NCBI GenBank assembly: GCA_010356995.1
Contig: ML996689.1
Coordinates: forward strand, 1,692,691 to 1,756,690
DNA: 64,000 bases
Direction: 5' to 3'
DNA from: Trichodelitschia bisporula
Taxonomy: Eukaryota
In this document: piece after piece, positions 46,032-58,415 of the stretch
How the letters are laid out: every line of letters starts with the position of its first letter
Position numbering within the stretch: position 1 is the stretch's first letter
Notes under the pieces: model-generated
Databases searched by the model: none
Seen by the model: only the letters and a program-made list of their open reading frames with translations
Told to the model about the DNA's origin: nothing
Translations under genes and position numbers: made by a program

Positions 46032-46850
46032 ATGTCCTCCTCCCACCTAACTGCCCTCCACGCCGCCCTCGAGCGCGCCGTCCTAGACCCAAAATACCAC
46101 GACGTGCTCATGCTCATCAAAGCCGTGCGCAATGGCCTGGTGTACGGCACAAAAGTGCGCTTCCCGCACGCCCTCGTGTACGCCGTCGCCCCCCTCCCTA
46201 TCCCATCCCATCCCACCCCCCCCCCCATATTTCCCCACCCATACCTAACCCACATCTCCTAGCATGATATTCCTCTTCCGCACCGCCCCCCTCCCCACAA
46301 AACTCCGCCTCATCTTCAAAGCAACCCGGACCCACGCCCGCAACCTCGCCCTCTTCGCCCTCCTCTACAAAGGCACCATGCTCGCCCTCCGGCAAACCCG
46401 CGCCTTCCAAAAGGAAGGCCCCTACGACGCCTTCGCCTCCGGGCTGGTGGGCGGGTACTTCGTCTTCGGGCGCGTCCGGAGCTCCCTCAACCAACAAATC
46501 GTAACCTACATCTTTGCCCGCGTGATGCTCGGGTTGGGCGCGCTGGCTATAAAGCCAGCCGCGGAAGGAGGATTGGGCGTGGTCGGGCCGGAGGCGGCGG
46601 AGGTGGTGAGGCGGAATGCCTGGCCTTGTTTCGCGAGTTTGTCCTGGGCTGTGGTTATGGTGCTGTTTAGGTACCATCCTGAGACGCTGCAGGGGAGTTT
46701 GAGGAGTAGTATGACGTATATGTGGGTGCCCCCCTCCCGGACCCCGCTCTTGGGGTGTCGTTTTTGGGGTGTGTGTGTGCTAATGGATCTAGTTATGCGA
46801 ATGCGGATCATTGGGATAGTCTCCGGAACTGGATTTGGCATAATAAGTAA
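46032..46850 (+). CDS. PXMP4: Peroxisomal membrane protein 4 (PXMP4/Pmp24 family)
   Basis: RNGLVYGTKVRFPHALV|MIFLFR, HARNLA, LNQQIVTYIFARV, SLRSSMTY|IY..DHWDSLRNWIWHNK*. Confidence 0.92.
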
Positions 46851-47249
46851 CCACTGGGCTTGGGGATGGGGATGGAAGAGAGGGGCTGGTGCGATTTGGA
46901 CGAGCAGCGGGTGGTGAATGATGAATGTTGACGAGCGCGCGGTGCGTTCGTGTAGGAATATGGGCCATGTGCATGTGCGTCTGGGACCGACTGTACCATA
47001 CCGGCCGGGGTGGGTAGAAAATAGATATGTCTGACACGAAATCCATTGTGCTGTCGTTTATCGAAGAGGCCCTGTTGAGCGACTTGTCCTAAACTCGAAA
47101 TTGGTCTGCCTGCAGCGTGGTGATGAGTTCGAGTGGAAATGGCCCAGTGGTTGGTCATTGCCCTCGGGGAGATGGGTTTCGGGCCAAGGAGCAGATACCT
47201 GACCACATACGACGAGAATGAATAGCTCATGGAATCATGATATAATGCA

Positions 47250-48093
47250 AGCCTCGGATGTTCAGGTAGCTCAAATTCTTCTGCACGTTACATCTACATG
47301 ACGTTTGCGAGGCCAGACGTTGTCCCAAGCACAAACATGCCTGGTGCTCACAGCCAGCCTCGAAAACTGCTCCTCGTCCGCGTCGCATGACAGCTTCGCC
47401 TAGGCGGCAAGGTTGACGTAAATCATTTGACAGTAGTGCCGCCCGCGCCCAGAGCTCAGCCCAATGTCAACATAGCGGGACATATGATCCCAGATCGTAG
47501 TGGAGTTTTCAGGCGAGTATGCCTCGTCAAAGTACTCTGCGAGGAGCGTTCTGTCCTTCATGGCCCGCAGCGCCGCCGAAGCCTCCACAGGCCAGGATAT
47601 GAAGGTTCGCAGAGGTGCCACCCCATGCGGGCGATGAAGGTCGATTTGTTGCGCTCCCGCATATCCCGGAACACATGGTGAATGGAGCCAATGCTGAAGG
47701 TTTGCTGCAGTTCCCGGGTGATCAGTCGGGCGGCGACTTCGAGGATGAGAGGGAGGGCGCCGAACCCAGCGCTAGGTCGTTAGTAGAGCAAAGAGGCCAG
47801 CGGGAGCCACCACATACCTTCATGTTCTCAAGCCTATGGTACTTGAACTATCGGACGTTGTCCATAAACCGCGCGCGCGCGTCCGTGAATGTACGCAATT
47901 CCCCGAACACTTGGGCCTTATATACGGGCAAGAGGCTTGTCCGCTTGCACTCCAGTAGAATGAGAGGGTTCATGGGGCTTTTGCTGTTCTCGCACAGGAT
48001 TCCTCCATCCGTCAGGGAGTTTACAGCTTGCTGCCGGGGAAGACCTTGTAGGTGATGGCAGCTCCACTGACATTTAACTACTCTCAGGTGCAT
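47250..48093 (-). pseudogene. Decayed ORF with a PD-(D/E)xK-like motif
   Basis: SLTDGGIL..PLILLECKR..KAQVFGEL followed by in-frame stops and a relic GTATGT..ACTAAC..TAG intron at about 47772-47817. Boundaries approximate. Confidence 0.35.
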
Positions 48094-48624
48094 GACGTGG
48101 TCGTCGACAATTGGGACTGGTAACCGAATAAATAACGGTCAGGTAAAGAAGGAAAGAATCGCTTGTGTCTGGAGCGAGACGAGGATCCAGAGAGCCAGGT
48201 TCGGGAAGTCACCAACGGTGTTAGAGGATCTGGAAGATGCCGATGTGCCTTAAGTGTAGTTATGTGTCTTCTGACTCGCGAAAAGGTCTGAGGCGATGTG
48301 ACTGTTCCCCTACATCCTGTGGTGACACACCGAGAACTGGAAGCCCAAACGGCCTCAGCTCTGTCATCCATTCCACACGGCGCGAGGGAGAACGGCTATC
48401 TCCCTCGACAACGCGCTAGGCTGTCCCTTGAAGTGATGGCGATTGACCGAACGGATGTTGTTCAACCGGCCAACAGTCAGGCCTGTGGTACGGCCATTCT
48501 TGAGGGCCATAATGACTTCCATCGGGCCTTGTTGATGTGACCTGTTGTGGATTTCTTCGATGGTTCCTTTTTCGTAGACGGGTCCAAGTCTCTGTCCAAA
48601 TCGATGTCACCACCGACGTTGTAT

Positions 48625-48849
48625 TCACTTGCAATATCGGCCAAGAGTGTCCTCGCATGGTCCCCAATGCTGCTTTTGGAGACCATGCGCCGCCAGTCGC
48701 TGACATAGGCATCGTAGCCGAAGGTTAGGACACGGATTCGCGAATCCGGGAGCGCTGACGGCAGCAAAGCTTTTGGCCATGGGCTATCGGCGCTTTTTGC
48801 TTTCCAGGTCCTCTCTCGGTCTCCAGTGAGCCCACGGACAAAGATAATG
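48625..48849 (-). pseudogene. Truncated SesB-like alpha/beta-hydrolase exon of the type found at the N-terminus of fungal NLRs
   Basis: IIFVRGLTGDRERTWKAKSADSPWPKALLPSALPDSRIRVLTFGYDAYVSDWRRMVSKSSIGDHARTLL; usual HG is RG and similarity stops before the HSLGG nucleophile motif. Confidence 0.8.
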
Positions 48850-48926
48850 CTAAGGCAGACGCCTAGTTAGCTCATTCTCGTGATGGTCAGCTTCACGTTG
48901 GCTAGTATAATGGTGGTGAAACTTAC

Positions 48927-49070
48927 TCTCTGCGATGATAAAGAGCTTGAATCCTATGGAGTCCGGCTTGCCTGGTATTGTTGTCTTCCATTTTGGGCAC
49001 CTCGGGTAGTGTTCCACGTGCTCATCCATTGTGAGGTGAGACGGCATGGGCATGAATTGCATTGAAGCCT
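48927..49070 (-). mobile_element. piggyBac-superfamily transposase fragment
   Basis: PSHLTMDEHVEHYPRCPKWKTTIPGKPDSIGFKLFIIAE fits the piggyBac block HLTxDE..RCP..IPxKP..GxK around the first catalytic Asp. Confidence 0.7.
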
Positions 49071-49504
49071 GCCGTTGCTATTAGCGTTGACCGCGAGTAC
49101 TGCTCGGCACATACTCAGCAAAGCCTTCTCACCCTCCCGCCAGGGAAAGAAAACGTCGTTTGTACTCGTGGACCACTTCGGCTATCGACAGAACATTTGG
49201 AGACCCAAACCGAGCCCGAAATTCAATGGCTTTTTCGATGATCTCGAGTACCCGGCCACGTCCGCCCGCGTCCCGCACAAGAAGCTAGACATATCTCCTC
49301 GATAGGTCAAAGACCTCGACGCCGTTACTCCAGCGCGCCGTTCTCTTTCTTGACAAAGGCAAGCCAGTCAGAAAGAGCTACTTCTTCTTCGGCTGTCCCG
49401 CTGCTTGAGGCGTGACCTTCGACACCGGAGCCTTCGACGCCTTCGCTGGCCGGAACAGACGGCTCTCTGAGCCGTGAATGGTGATTGAATGATTGAACGA
49501 TGAA

Positions 49505-49718
49505 TGATGGGTGATGGGTGATGGGTGATGGGTGATGGGTGATGGGTGATGGGTGATGGGTGATGGGTGATGGGTGATGGGTGATGGGTGATGGGTGATN
49601 NNNNNNNNNTGGGTGATGGGTGATGGGTGATGGGTGATGGGTGATGGGTGATGGGTGATGGGTGATGGGTGATGGGTGATGGGTGATGGGTGATGGGTGA
49701 TGGGCGATGGGTGATGGG
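49505..49718. repeat. (TGATGGG)n heptamer satellite with assembly gap at 49600-49609
   Basis: Near-perfect repeats on both sides of 10 Ns; true length unknown. Confidence 0.98.
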
Positions 49719-52027
49719 CGGTAGGTGAGGATGAAGTTGACAAGTGAAGAAAAAGGTCGGATGAGAATTTAAGAGGACAGCTGGCCACCATCCGGGGAAG
49801 GGACGTTACTGCCTCGTCCTCCCCGAGTGGTAGGAGCGGTCCAAGTCAGTCCAGAGGAAGAAAGGACGACAGCATCACACCTCGTACCGTAGGAAAGAGC
49901 TCCTCGCACTACAGGAAGGAGCACTCCATCCTGTGATGGCGCAAGGATGGACGTCTCAAGATCCATCGGGCCGTCTTGAGTCCCGACATAATTCGACTCT
50001 GGCACCGGAAACATCGGGCAGCTCGTATCTGAAGCAAAATTTCAGATGTTGTGCTAAGGGCGATATCAGATATATCACATGACCTGACCGTGACGATCGT
50101 TTCGTGAGTTGCAACAACCCTCATCGCATGCCTCCCTTCGAACTACCGTATGCAATGCAGCCTAGCGTCCGATGGAGGCCTACGGTACATCGGCTCTCAA
50201 CACAATGGCACCCTCGAAGATTCGCGTGCCTGCACAGCTATCAGCCCAGCCCCGACCCGAGTCTCGCCGAAGAGTGATATCACAAGCAAGTTGATAGATA
50301 TCCCCGCAAGAGCGATATCGCTCACATATGACGCATGGCCCCACCCCAGCGCAGCGTGGGGGTACCCACAACCCACAACCCCACGGCACCCGCTCGTTTC
50401 AGATTCGGCAGTCCGTAGTAGACCATTGCGCCTGCAGCATGCAAGTGATGCGGTAGCGGCATTCGCCTTGCCTTGCGACTAACAGGCTGTATATTGCGAT
50501 GAGAAGCCACGGTTGATAAGTGTATCGTACGACGGTCGCCAAGTCCAGAAGACGTCTGGAAAGCGTGGAGTAAGCTGAATGATGCGGCCAACGTCGGGTG
50601 ATCTCGCCAGAGGAGGTTGAAGCTATCGCAGACTCGATATCGGACATTTGAACCAGATCACCATTCCGGAGTCCAAGTTGATGGGCAAGACACAGCTCCG
50701 GATCGGGGAACGTCAAGTAACCCCATGTGCAACGGGCCAGTTTGTGTGCGTCCACCATCTCCGGCTCGTCCCCGCGTACAACCACACGTCTCCTTTCCGT
50801 CGGATCCAGACCCGAGTGTAGCGGGCACCTGACGATAGCTTCACACCAAAAACAAAAACAATTCCCGACTCATCAGCTAATCGTACCGCCTTGTACAGAC
50901 CGGGCCGATGTTTGTCTCCCCTCATAGGCAGCGCGGGAGGGTGGTACTCCTGCAACGCGGAACTCTCCTGCCATGCTGACCGGCCGCCTGAACGAGAAGG
51001 GAGCTATTCAAGCACCAGCGCGACACAGCGCGCGCTCGTGACGACGCCCAGTCGACGATAATGCCCCGCCTCGCGTGCCAGCGACAAGCGTGTATTCAAG
51101 GTTTCTAGCGGTGAAAGCGGGGCGAGGGTTGTAGTCGGGCGGCTAGTGCAAAGTGCCGAGGGGGGGAAAGCTGCTGACTAGAACTAGTTGGGATGAAATG
51201 TTGGTATTCTCGCAGCACCTGTGGGGAAGTGCAATGTTGTGTATATGCCGGGATCGCCTGCTTGCTGCAGTCGGTCACTGAGGCACTTCCGAGCGGCGTC
51301 CGCTCGGGGGATTGATGGCAATGGAAGACATGTCGTTTCCTTGTCGGCGCAAGGTGACGTGAAGGCGGCGAGCTAGCAACGCTTTCCAGTTGGCCGGTGG
51401 GTTCGGCGGGTTCGGGGCTAGACAAGCGGCGGCCCACCAAGTGGGGTGGGGGTGCAAGGGGCTTTTCAACGGCGTCGACCTTTGATCTGAGCATGTTAGG
51501 GCCAAGGCGTGGGAGGGCTCAGAGAGGGGGATTGTTGATAGACATCGCAGTAGCAATGCCCGGTGTCCAGGTGATGAGAACGAACTTGAAGATGAGCGGT
51601 GTTCATGTGAGCATAAGCCGCATCCCGGCGACGCAGGGCAGACGCATCGTTCTCGTTGGCCACCCGCCTGTTCAAGGGTGGGCTTCACGATCTTTTCTCG
51701 CGCCATACGATGCCCTGGCAATGATTTCCATTCAGAGCAAAGAAACACCCAACCAACCACTCTCTACAAACCCCCACCGGACTAGGCGGCGCGAATCATG
51801 CGAAACAGCGGTGGCGGCTGCGGCTGGCTCGCCCGACCCGCTGCAGAGGGCGGCGGGCGCCACGCGCGCTGCTGCAGAACACACGAAGGGTTGCGGTGTT
51901 TGTTTCGTTTGGGGGTTGAAAAGTGTTTACCGCATTGCTTTTGTCTTCTGGATCGTAGGAAGAAGAAGTGGGATGGAGTGAGTGAATTGAGGGATATCAA
52001 TTCATCAATTGGCGAATCTAGACTGTT

Positions 52028-52109
52028 GCTTTGATGCTTTGATGCTTTGATGCTTTGATGCTTTGATGCTTGATGCTTGATGCTTGATGCTTGATGCTTG
52101 ATGCGATGC
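52028..52109. repeat. Compound (TTTGATGC)n/(TTGATGC)n satellite
   Basis: 8-mer units switch to 7-mer units midway. Confidence 0.95.
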
Positions 52110-53625
52110 GGGATATGTGATTATGAGGAACTGCAGGATAAGGCTCGAAGAGATTTCACTCTGCAATCTGCAACGAATTGAAGCCTTCAACGATAATCAG
52201 CCCTCTGCAAGCCACCTTTGATAGCATTTGGCGGATTGTGGCTGTTGTGTGTGTGAAGGATCGTGGGTCGTGTGTCTTCTTGGGACTAAGTTTCCTCCCA
52301 CCTTTTTCTAGCGTTCCCACTCGCCCATGCTCCATCGCCTCTCTTCTTCTCTTCCTTCCCCCCAGCAACGTCCATTATTACTTTGCTCCCCTTGCCGCTG
52401 CTCTTCTCCTCTTTTGTTCTGTCGGACACGGCCATTTGCTCCGTTCCACATTTCTCAACAGCAGTCTTCACCCACCATTCGGAAACACAAAGGACGTTCT
52501 CTTATCTATCTGAAGTACATCCATTTCTTCTTTCACTCATCTCACGACACCTTTGCGCGAGAAAGGGTCTCCAAGCAGCTGAGCACTGCCCAAGCTCACC
52601 ACCAAAAGCCTCACACTCAGTACAGGGTGCGTCCACTCTTCTCCCCCACTCCCACTCTCAACATCCCTTCATGCAGTGTTCCGCTCCCCGCCGACCGCAG
52701 AGTGCACTGATGCGCGCTGATCGCCGCTGTGCGCGCCCCGCGTGTCGCCTCGGAGTACCGAGGAGTAGTCAATTTACTTTGCATATACGGAGGTACTTCG
52801 CTTCCCAGTAACTGACGAGACATCCCCGCGCAGGCCAGCTTGCCAACTCTCGGACTCTGCTCCTACTCTCTCTTCACCTGCCCCCGCCGGCCTTGACATG
52901 CGGCGCGAACCGTCAACGGACCTGCAATTCACCTGTCTCGTCACAGCCTTCGATCCGCCTTTTAAGGAGCTGCGCGTTGCGCCTCTCTACTCTGCAGCGA
53001 CTGCAAGCGGCGTGTACTAGACTCTCGACGAACTACCTTTCTCTACTTACGCCATACCTCAACACACCGGCACAGTACACCTCAACAACCTGTGACGAAA
53101 CGCATCTCGTCACCCCGGCGTCGCGTGCTCCAACAATCAGCGTACCACCAACTCCAAGGGCGCATGTCCGGCCGTGCGTCGACGCTTTGGATAATTGCTG
53201 CATTTGCACCCACATCCCTTCGGGAAGATTCGGAGGACGTATCCAGCTGTTAAAGGCAGCAGGTAGATTGTCCGCTATTTTCGTACTGGGAAGTACTTGT
53301 TCTCTCTTTTTTCCACATCGTACCACCCACACTTTAGCAGTGGGGGTTCCTTGTTACTTTTCGAGCTCTATACCCATCACATACACACCCCACACTACGT
53401 CGCCGTCTAAGCTCCTTGGCCGTCTCGGACTCTCTACGCACATCGACCACGCCCTTCCGATATCACCCGCCCCTGCATTTTCCCCGCATACTCCAGAGCG
53501 CCATACCCCACAAGCCCAGCCTTGTATCCATATTGGGCCTGTGCTGGAGCTACGTAGTCGTTTGAGGGATTCCATGGTTGTTTGCTGTCATCAATTAGCA
53601 ACCTAGTCACCCACTCAGCCTCGTC

Positions 53626-55302
53626 ATGTCATTTCCTTTCCGAGACCCGGCGGCGGACGTGCCGCCTGACGTCTCCTCCGACGCAAAACCCCGCAGGTTT
53701 GAGCCCCAGCTCATCGCAACGGCGAGGCGCTCGCGTCGTGTGGGGGATACCAGGCCCGCACACCACCCGACCGATCGTACGGACGCCATCCCGGGCCAGC
53801 CCGAGGCTCGCAAGCCTCTGCCCCGGCGCCCGAAGCTAATCACCCGCAATACGACGGGTACCTTGGATCGTTTAAACCCAACCAGGGAAATGCGGCGGCT
53901 GGGCATCCCACTCCCGAAGCGCCGCTGCTCCTTCAACAGCACGCGCCCTTTTTCTCCCTTCTCGCCATTCGACGACGACACCCCCGAGCTGTCCACGTCG
54001 CCCTCGTCTGCGTCGGAAACCGACTGTCCTTCCAAGCGTGGCTCCGCCTCCCCCACCTACCTCCTCGACCTCGCCGCCCTCCCTTCCCGCGCCGACCTCG
54101 AAGCCGCCGTCGCTGCCTTCCCCAACGAGGACCGTCACGTCCCCATCGCGCACTTCGTCGACTCCTCCAACGACGACTACGATACCCGCGAGCGCGCCGA
54201 CTCGTTCAACTGGGAGCTGAAGGACATGCGCGCGCACACGGCTCTGCTAGAAGCGGAGCGCGAGAAGGAGCGTGCGAGGCGCGAGGCCCGCCGCCAGCGC
54301 GCCCGCCAGATGTCCGACCGCTGGGCCCCGCCGCAAAAGATCGTCCTGCCGCCGCCGTCACCGCCCCGTCAACCGGACGGCGAGATGGAGCGCATGCGGA
54401 GGCAGGCGCGCCCGCCGATGCTGGGAACGGAGATCAAATTCCCGCGCTGCGTTTCGCCGGACCGTGCTCGCTTTGATACTACCCAGGGCTCGCATGCTGC
54501 TCGCTCCGCTATGTGCTACCTCACTGCGCACACGGGAGATGCGTCACGCACGGCGACGGAGCATCGTAGTGGGAGCGGGCTGTGGTGTCCGAAGGGAGTG
54601 AGCGGTGGTGCCTGTGGTACGCAGGGGAGTCTGTGGTCGCGGGGGTCGTCGAGTAGGGCTGTGAGTCCGTCGAATGTGAGCCCGACGAACAGCAATAGTA
54701 GCAGCAACAGCAACATCAAGGGGACTTCCGGTCTCTGGGGAGGATTCTGCGTGGACTCCGGGACACCGTTGCGCGGCCCGATGGGGCTGGTGACGCCGAT
54801 GGTCGAGGAACCGGGCTTCAACTGGGTTCGCGAGCGGGGATTGCCCCCCTCGCCGCCGCCGTCGACCTGGGACGGTCTTCACGAAGAGCTCGAAGAGAAG
54901 GCCATGGCGACAGTAACGGAGATCGTGGAAGAGCCCGAGAGTATCGAGAAGGAGGAATTCGATGACGCCTTCGTCACGCAGGTGTACAACTACCTGTCCC
55001 TCGGGTATCCGGCGCTCGGCCGGCGGTACGACGGGGAATTGTCAAGGGTGACGCGCGTGCCGATCGAGGAGCTGCGCAAGGATGACAATCTGAGTGCGGC
55101 GAGGGGGTATATCCGTCTTGGAGAGGGGGAGGAGTGCTGCGGTGCGGCGGTGGGCGAGGAGAGTTGTGCGAGGTGGCGCGCGCTGCGGAAGTATATCCAG
55201 GAGTGGGGGAGGCAGTGCCCGAAGATGATGGAGGAGGAGAGGGGGTTGGCGCTTATGAGGGGGGTGGGGATGGGAGAGCGGAGGGGGAGTTGGCGCGGGT
55301 GA
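53626..55302 (+). CDS. Hypothetical protein, 558 aa, apparently intronless
   Basis: Long ORF with coding-like codon use; ordered-looking C-terminal block FDDAFVTQVYNYLSLGYPALGRRYDGELS..ARGYI..RWRALRKYIQEW. Confidence 0.85.
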   Translation: MSFPFRDPAADVPPDVSSDAKPRRFEPQLIATARRSRRVGDTRPAHHPTDRTDAIPGQPEARKPLPRRPKLITRNTTGTLDRLNPTREMRRLGIPLPKRRCSFNSTRPFSPFSPFDDDTPELSTSPSSASETDCPSKRGSASPTYLLDLAALPSRADLEAAVAAFPNEDRHVPIAHFVDSSNDDYDTRERADSFNWELKDMRAHTALLEAEREKERARREARRQRARQMSDRWAPPQKIVLPPPSPPRQPDGEMERMRRQARPPMLGTEIKFPRCVSPDRARFDTTQGSHAARSAMCYLTAHTGDASRTATEHRSGSGLWCPKGVSGGACGTQGSLWSRGSSSRAVSPSNVSPTNSNSSSNSNIKGTSGLWGGFCVDSGTPLRGPMGLVTPMVEEPGFNWVRERGLPPSPPPSTWDGLHEELEEKAMATVTEIVEEPESIEKEEFDDAFVTQVYNYLSLGYPALGRRYDGELSRVTRVPIEELRKDDNLSAARGYIRLGEGEECCGAAVGEESCARWRALRKYIQEWGRQCPKMMEEERGLALMRGVGMGERRGSWRG

Positions 55303-56665
55303 CTTGCGGGACGGGGGAGGTTGTGATGGGATGGGGTTCTTTCTTTTGTGGGGGCTTTTGCATTTGCTGCGGGATACCCCTTTTGCATGCTCTGAGCGGA
55401 GCGGCTGCTGTGAGGCGGAGCTGTATAGATTGTGATTTTTCGGCTTTTTGTGAGGGAGGTGTTTTTGGGGCTGGGAAAAAGGTTAGCGGGTTCGGTTGTG
55501 TTGGATTTTTTTTGGTCTTCTTTTCTTTCATCCTGCATTGGAGCGGGTGTTCGCGTGTCAGGCATCGTCTTTCTCTATGGGAGAAGGGGTTGTAGCATGG
55601 GAGTAGGCAGGGAGTAGGTAGTGAGGAATAGATGGTGTAGATGTCCGCATATTCACTTTGCCTCGTTTTGTGAAGGACCTTGGTGATGAATGCGGTGGAG
55701 GATTTTTTGCGATGCGTCACGTCGTGTGTCTCGTGAGGCTGATGAGTCAGGCCCGGGTAACGATGGGATCTGCCCAGGCCGCCGATTGCCGACTTCCGAC
55801 GCTAGGTTATCCTAGGGGCCCTTGGGCCTTGTTGCATGGGTGTGCACGACTACATGCGTACTACGGTACGACGCGAGAATGGGGATGAGGGTATTTAGGC
55901 TGGAGTGGTGATCGGTGGATGTGCGAAGAGGGAGGTGGAGGGGTGGAGGGGCGTGAGGGGCTAATGCTGTGTGTTTATTGATTGGGCGTTGGACGGGACT
56001 TGGAGATCGCGATCTTGATGGTGGAGAGGGGAAGGCTAGGAAGGTTTGGGGGGATGATGCAGGTTCGTGTTCTTGAGGCTGCGCGGGGGCGATGGTGGGC
56101 GAGAAGGGGAGGCGATAGGCATCAGGTTCGACGTCTCCTGTTCCTTTTCTATGCATGTTCCGTCGTTAGCACCCCTCTTAAGCACTCCTCGCTCTTCTCT
56201 ACTCGATTGCCCCAGATCCAGCTATTCCAGGCCCGACCCAACCCATCCAACCGGCAACAGATCCGATCCCTCCCCACGGAGCGCGGAGAATAGCATCTTT
56301 CCTTGTGTTCGGCGCTACGGACATATTTAGCAGCGAGTGCTTCGTGCGCAGAGCTAGCCGCTGCGGCGGGACGGGACTTGAGGGGATGTGATGTGTCTGG
56401 GGTATATCAGACGTGATATAGCTGGCTGTTGGTGGGGGGTGGTTTTTGTTCGAGGTCCTTGGACGTGCAGGGAGCGAGGGACGAGACTGATGCACGAGCA
56501 TAGGGGGAGGGGATCGGGATATCAAAAGCCATACTCAGGACTTCAACGCTTATCAAGACGTCTTCACCATCTACCCCCATCACCACTCCTCCCCAGCCAG
56601 CAATTCAGGTCCTCGCACACAGTACCACCTCCCTCGCGGACACGCCGATCTAACCAGGAACCATA

Positions 56666-56785
56666 TCCCCGGCTCTGTCCTCGAGCTCTTTCAAGAGCAA
56701 TTGCTTCTCCAGCCCAAGCCGCTTCTTCCCGGCCCTATCCCCAAGCTCTTTCAGGAGCAATTGCTTCTCCAGCCCTAGCCGCTTT
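56666..56785. repeat. Two-copy 60-nt direct repeat
   Basis: agctctttcaRgagcaattgcttctccagcccWagccgctt occurs twice, 60 nt apart. Confidence 0.9.
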
Positions 56786-57072
56786 TACTCTCCCACCTTA
56801 ACACCCCCCATATAGCCCGCCAGCGCACAACGCGTGGCTTGCACAACGTACGTCTCCTTCACATCCACAGCAATGTGTCTTAACTACCACGCCCGACGTT
56901 GCCTGCTTGTTCTCAGCCCGCCACCGGCGGCCGCCGCTGAGCTCCCGTTAGGGCGCGAAGAGAGGGAGGAGGGGGATGTACATATCCCCCCTCCTCACCG
57001 GCCGTTTCTCGTATACACAGACACCACCTACCAGACAACTTACCGCGTTTCTGCGAACAGGCAGCACCACGC

Positions 57073-58415
57073 ATGCCCCCCACCCCCCCCTTCGACCGCG
57101 CCTTCCAGCGCACCCTCGCGCATAACACATGGAGCATGTTCGCTGTTGCGATGGTGATTGTCGGGCTCCGCTTGTCCGTCCCTCCCCCCCCCGCCCACCC
57201 CCCCAGCAAATGATGAAGGTAGCTAACGAGCAAAGGTACGCGCAGATACGCCGGCTTGGCTGGAGGGGGTGTAGGACGGATGATTATGTTATGCTCCTCG
57301 CCGCGGTGAGCGTGTTAGGCTGAATGATGTGGGTGGGGCTGACGGGATAGGCCTGGTACACGACGCTGATCGTGTGCTTGAACGTCATAGCAGCCGGCGG
57401 GGGGAGCAATCTCGCGCCGCCGGGGCGGCTACAGGGGATTAGCGAAGAAGAGATCAGGGAGCGGGTGTGGGGGAGTAAAATCGTCGTGGTATCCGAGCAG
57501 GTCCGCTCCCCCCGTCCCCTCCCTTCCCCCTTCGGCCAGCCCGGCTCGCTAACGCTCGCCCAGGCCATGCTAAACACAATCTACACCCTCAAAGCCTGCC
57601 TCCTCCTCATGTACGCGCGCCTCACCGCCGGCAGCGCCTACGCACGCTGGGTCCGGCTCCTCGCCCTCTACACCGGCACCGGGTGGCTCGCCTCCCAAAC
57701 CGCCTTCCTAACCGCCTGCCGCCCTCTGAACGGGTACTGGACCGTCCCCGCGCCCAACGCGCAATGCGCCACCCTCGCGCGGTACGCCATCGTGCAAGCG
57801 GTTTTCAACATCAGCAGCGACGTGTGCATGCTTGGCATTTCCCTGCCTATGATCGCAGCTTTGCACTTACCGCCGAGGAAGAAAGCGGTTCTAGGGGTGG
57901 TTTTTGGTATGGGGGGTTTCGTGGTTGTGGCTGCGGTGTTGACGAAGGCGTTTAATTTGAGTGATGTGTGGGATCCGCGGTATATGCTTTGGTATGCGAG
58001 GGAGGCGAGTACGGCGGTTTGGGTGGCGAATGCGCCGCTTGTTTGGCCCCTGCTCAGGGAGTGGGTTCCGGTGCTTAGGACGGCAAGCAGGACGGAGAGG
58101 AGCTTGCCGGGGCATAAGTCCGGTGGGCCTGCGACGCTGGAGGCGGGCTTGCGGGCACCGGCGGGGACGAGGGATACTGGTAGTAAGGAGACGTTGACGG
58201 AGGGGGGGGGGAGTGAGAAGGAGATGGGGCTGGTGCTTCCTGTAAGGCCGCTGCCGGCGGCGAGGGAGGGCGTAAGGGCGCCGCCGCCGACACCGGCGGA
58301 TGGTATGAGTGGGGCGTGGGGCGTGGGAAGGATACGGAAGGAGGTGCGGATTGAGGTTGAGAGCTCTGCGAGGGGGAGGGGGGAGGGGGGGGATGCGCGA
58401 TACGGGGGGATATGA
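57073..58415 (+). CDS. PTH11-like integral membrane protein (fungal rhodopsin-like domain), no CFEM domain
   Basis: IVGLRL|YAQIRRLG..DDYVM, YTLKACLLLMYARLT, ACRPLNGYW, FNISSDV, LPPRKKAVLGVVFGMGGFVVVAAVLTK, REASTAVWVANAP; three introns. Confidence 0.9.

Noticed and set aside
49378..49791. ORF with HHPSPIT repeats
   Set aside because: Translation of the TGATGGG satellite across an N gap.
49770..51000. Fragmentary minus-strand ORFs (50399..50785, 50713..50955)
   Set aside because: Possibly decayed coding DNA, but I could not splice them or recognise a family.
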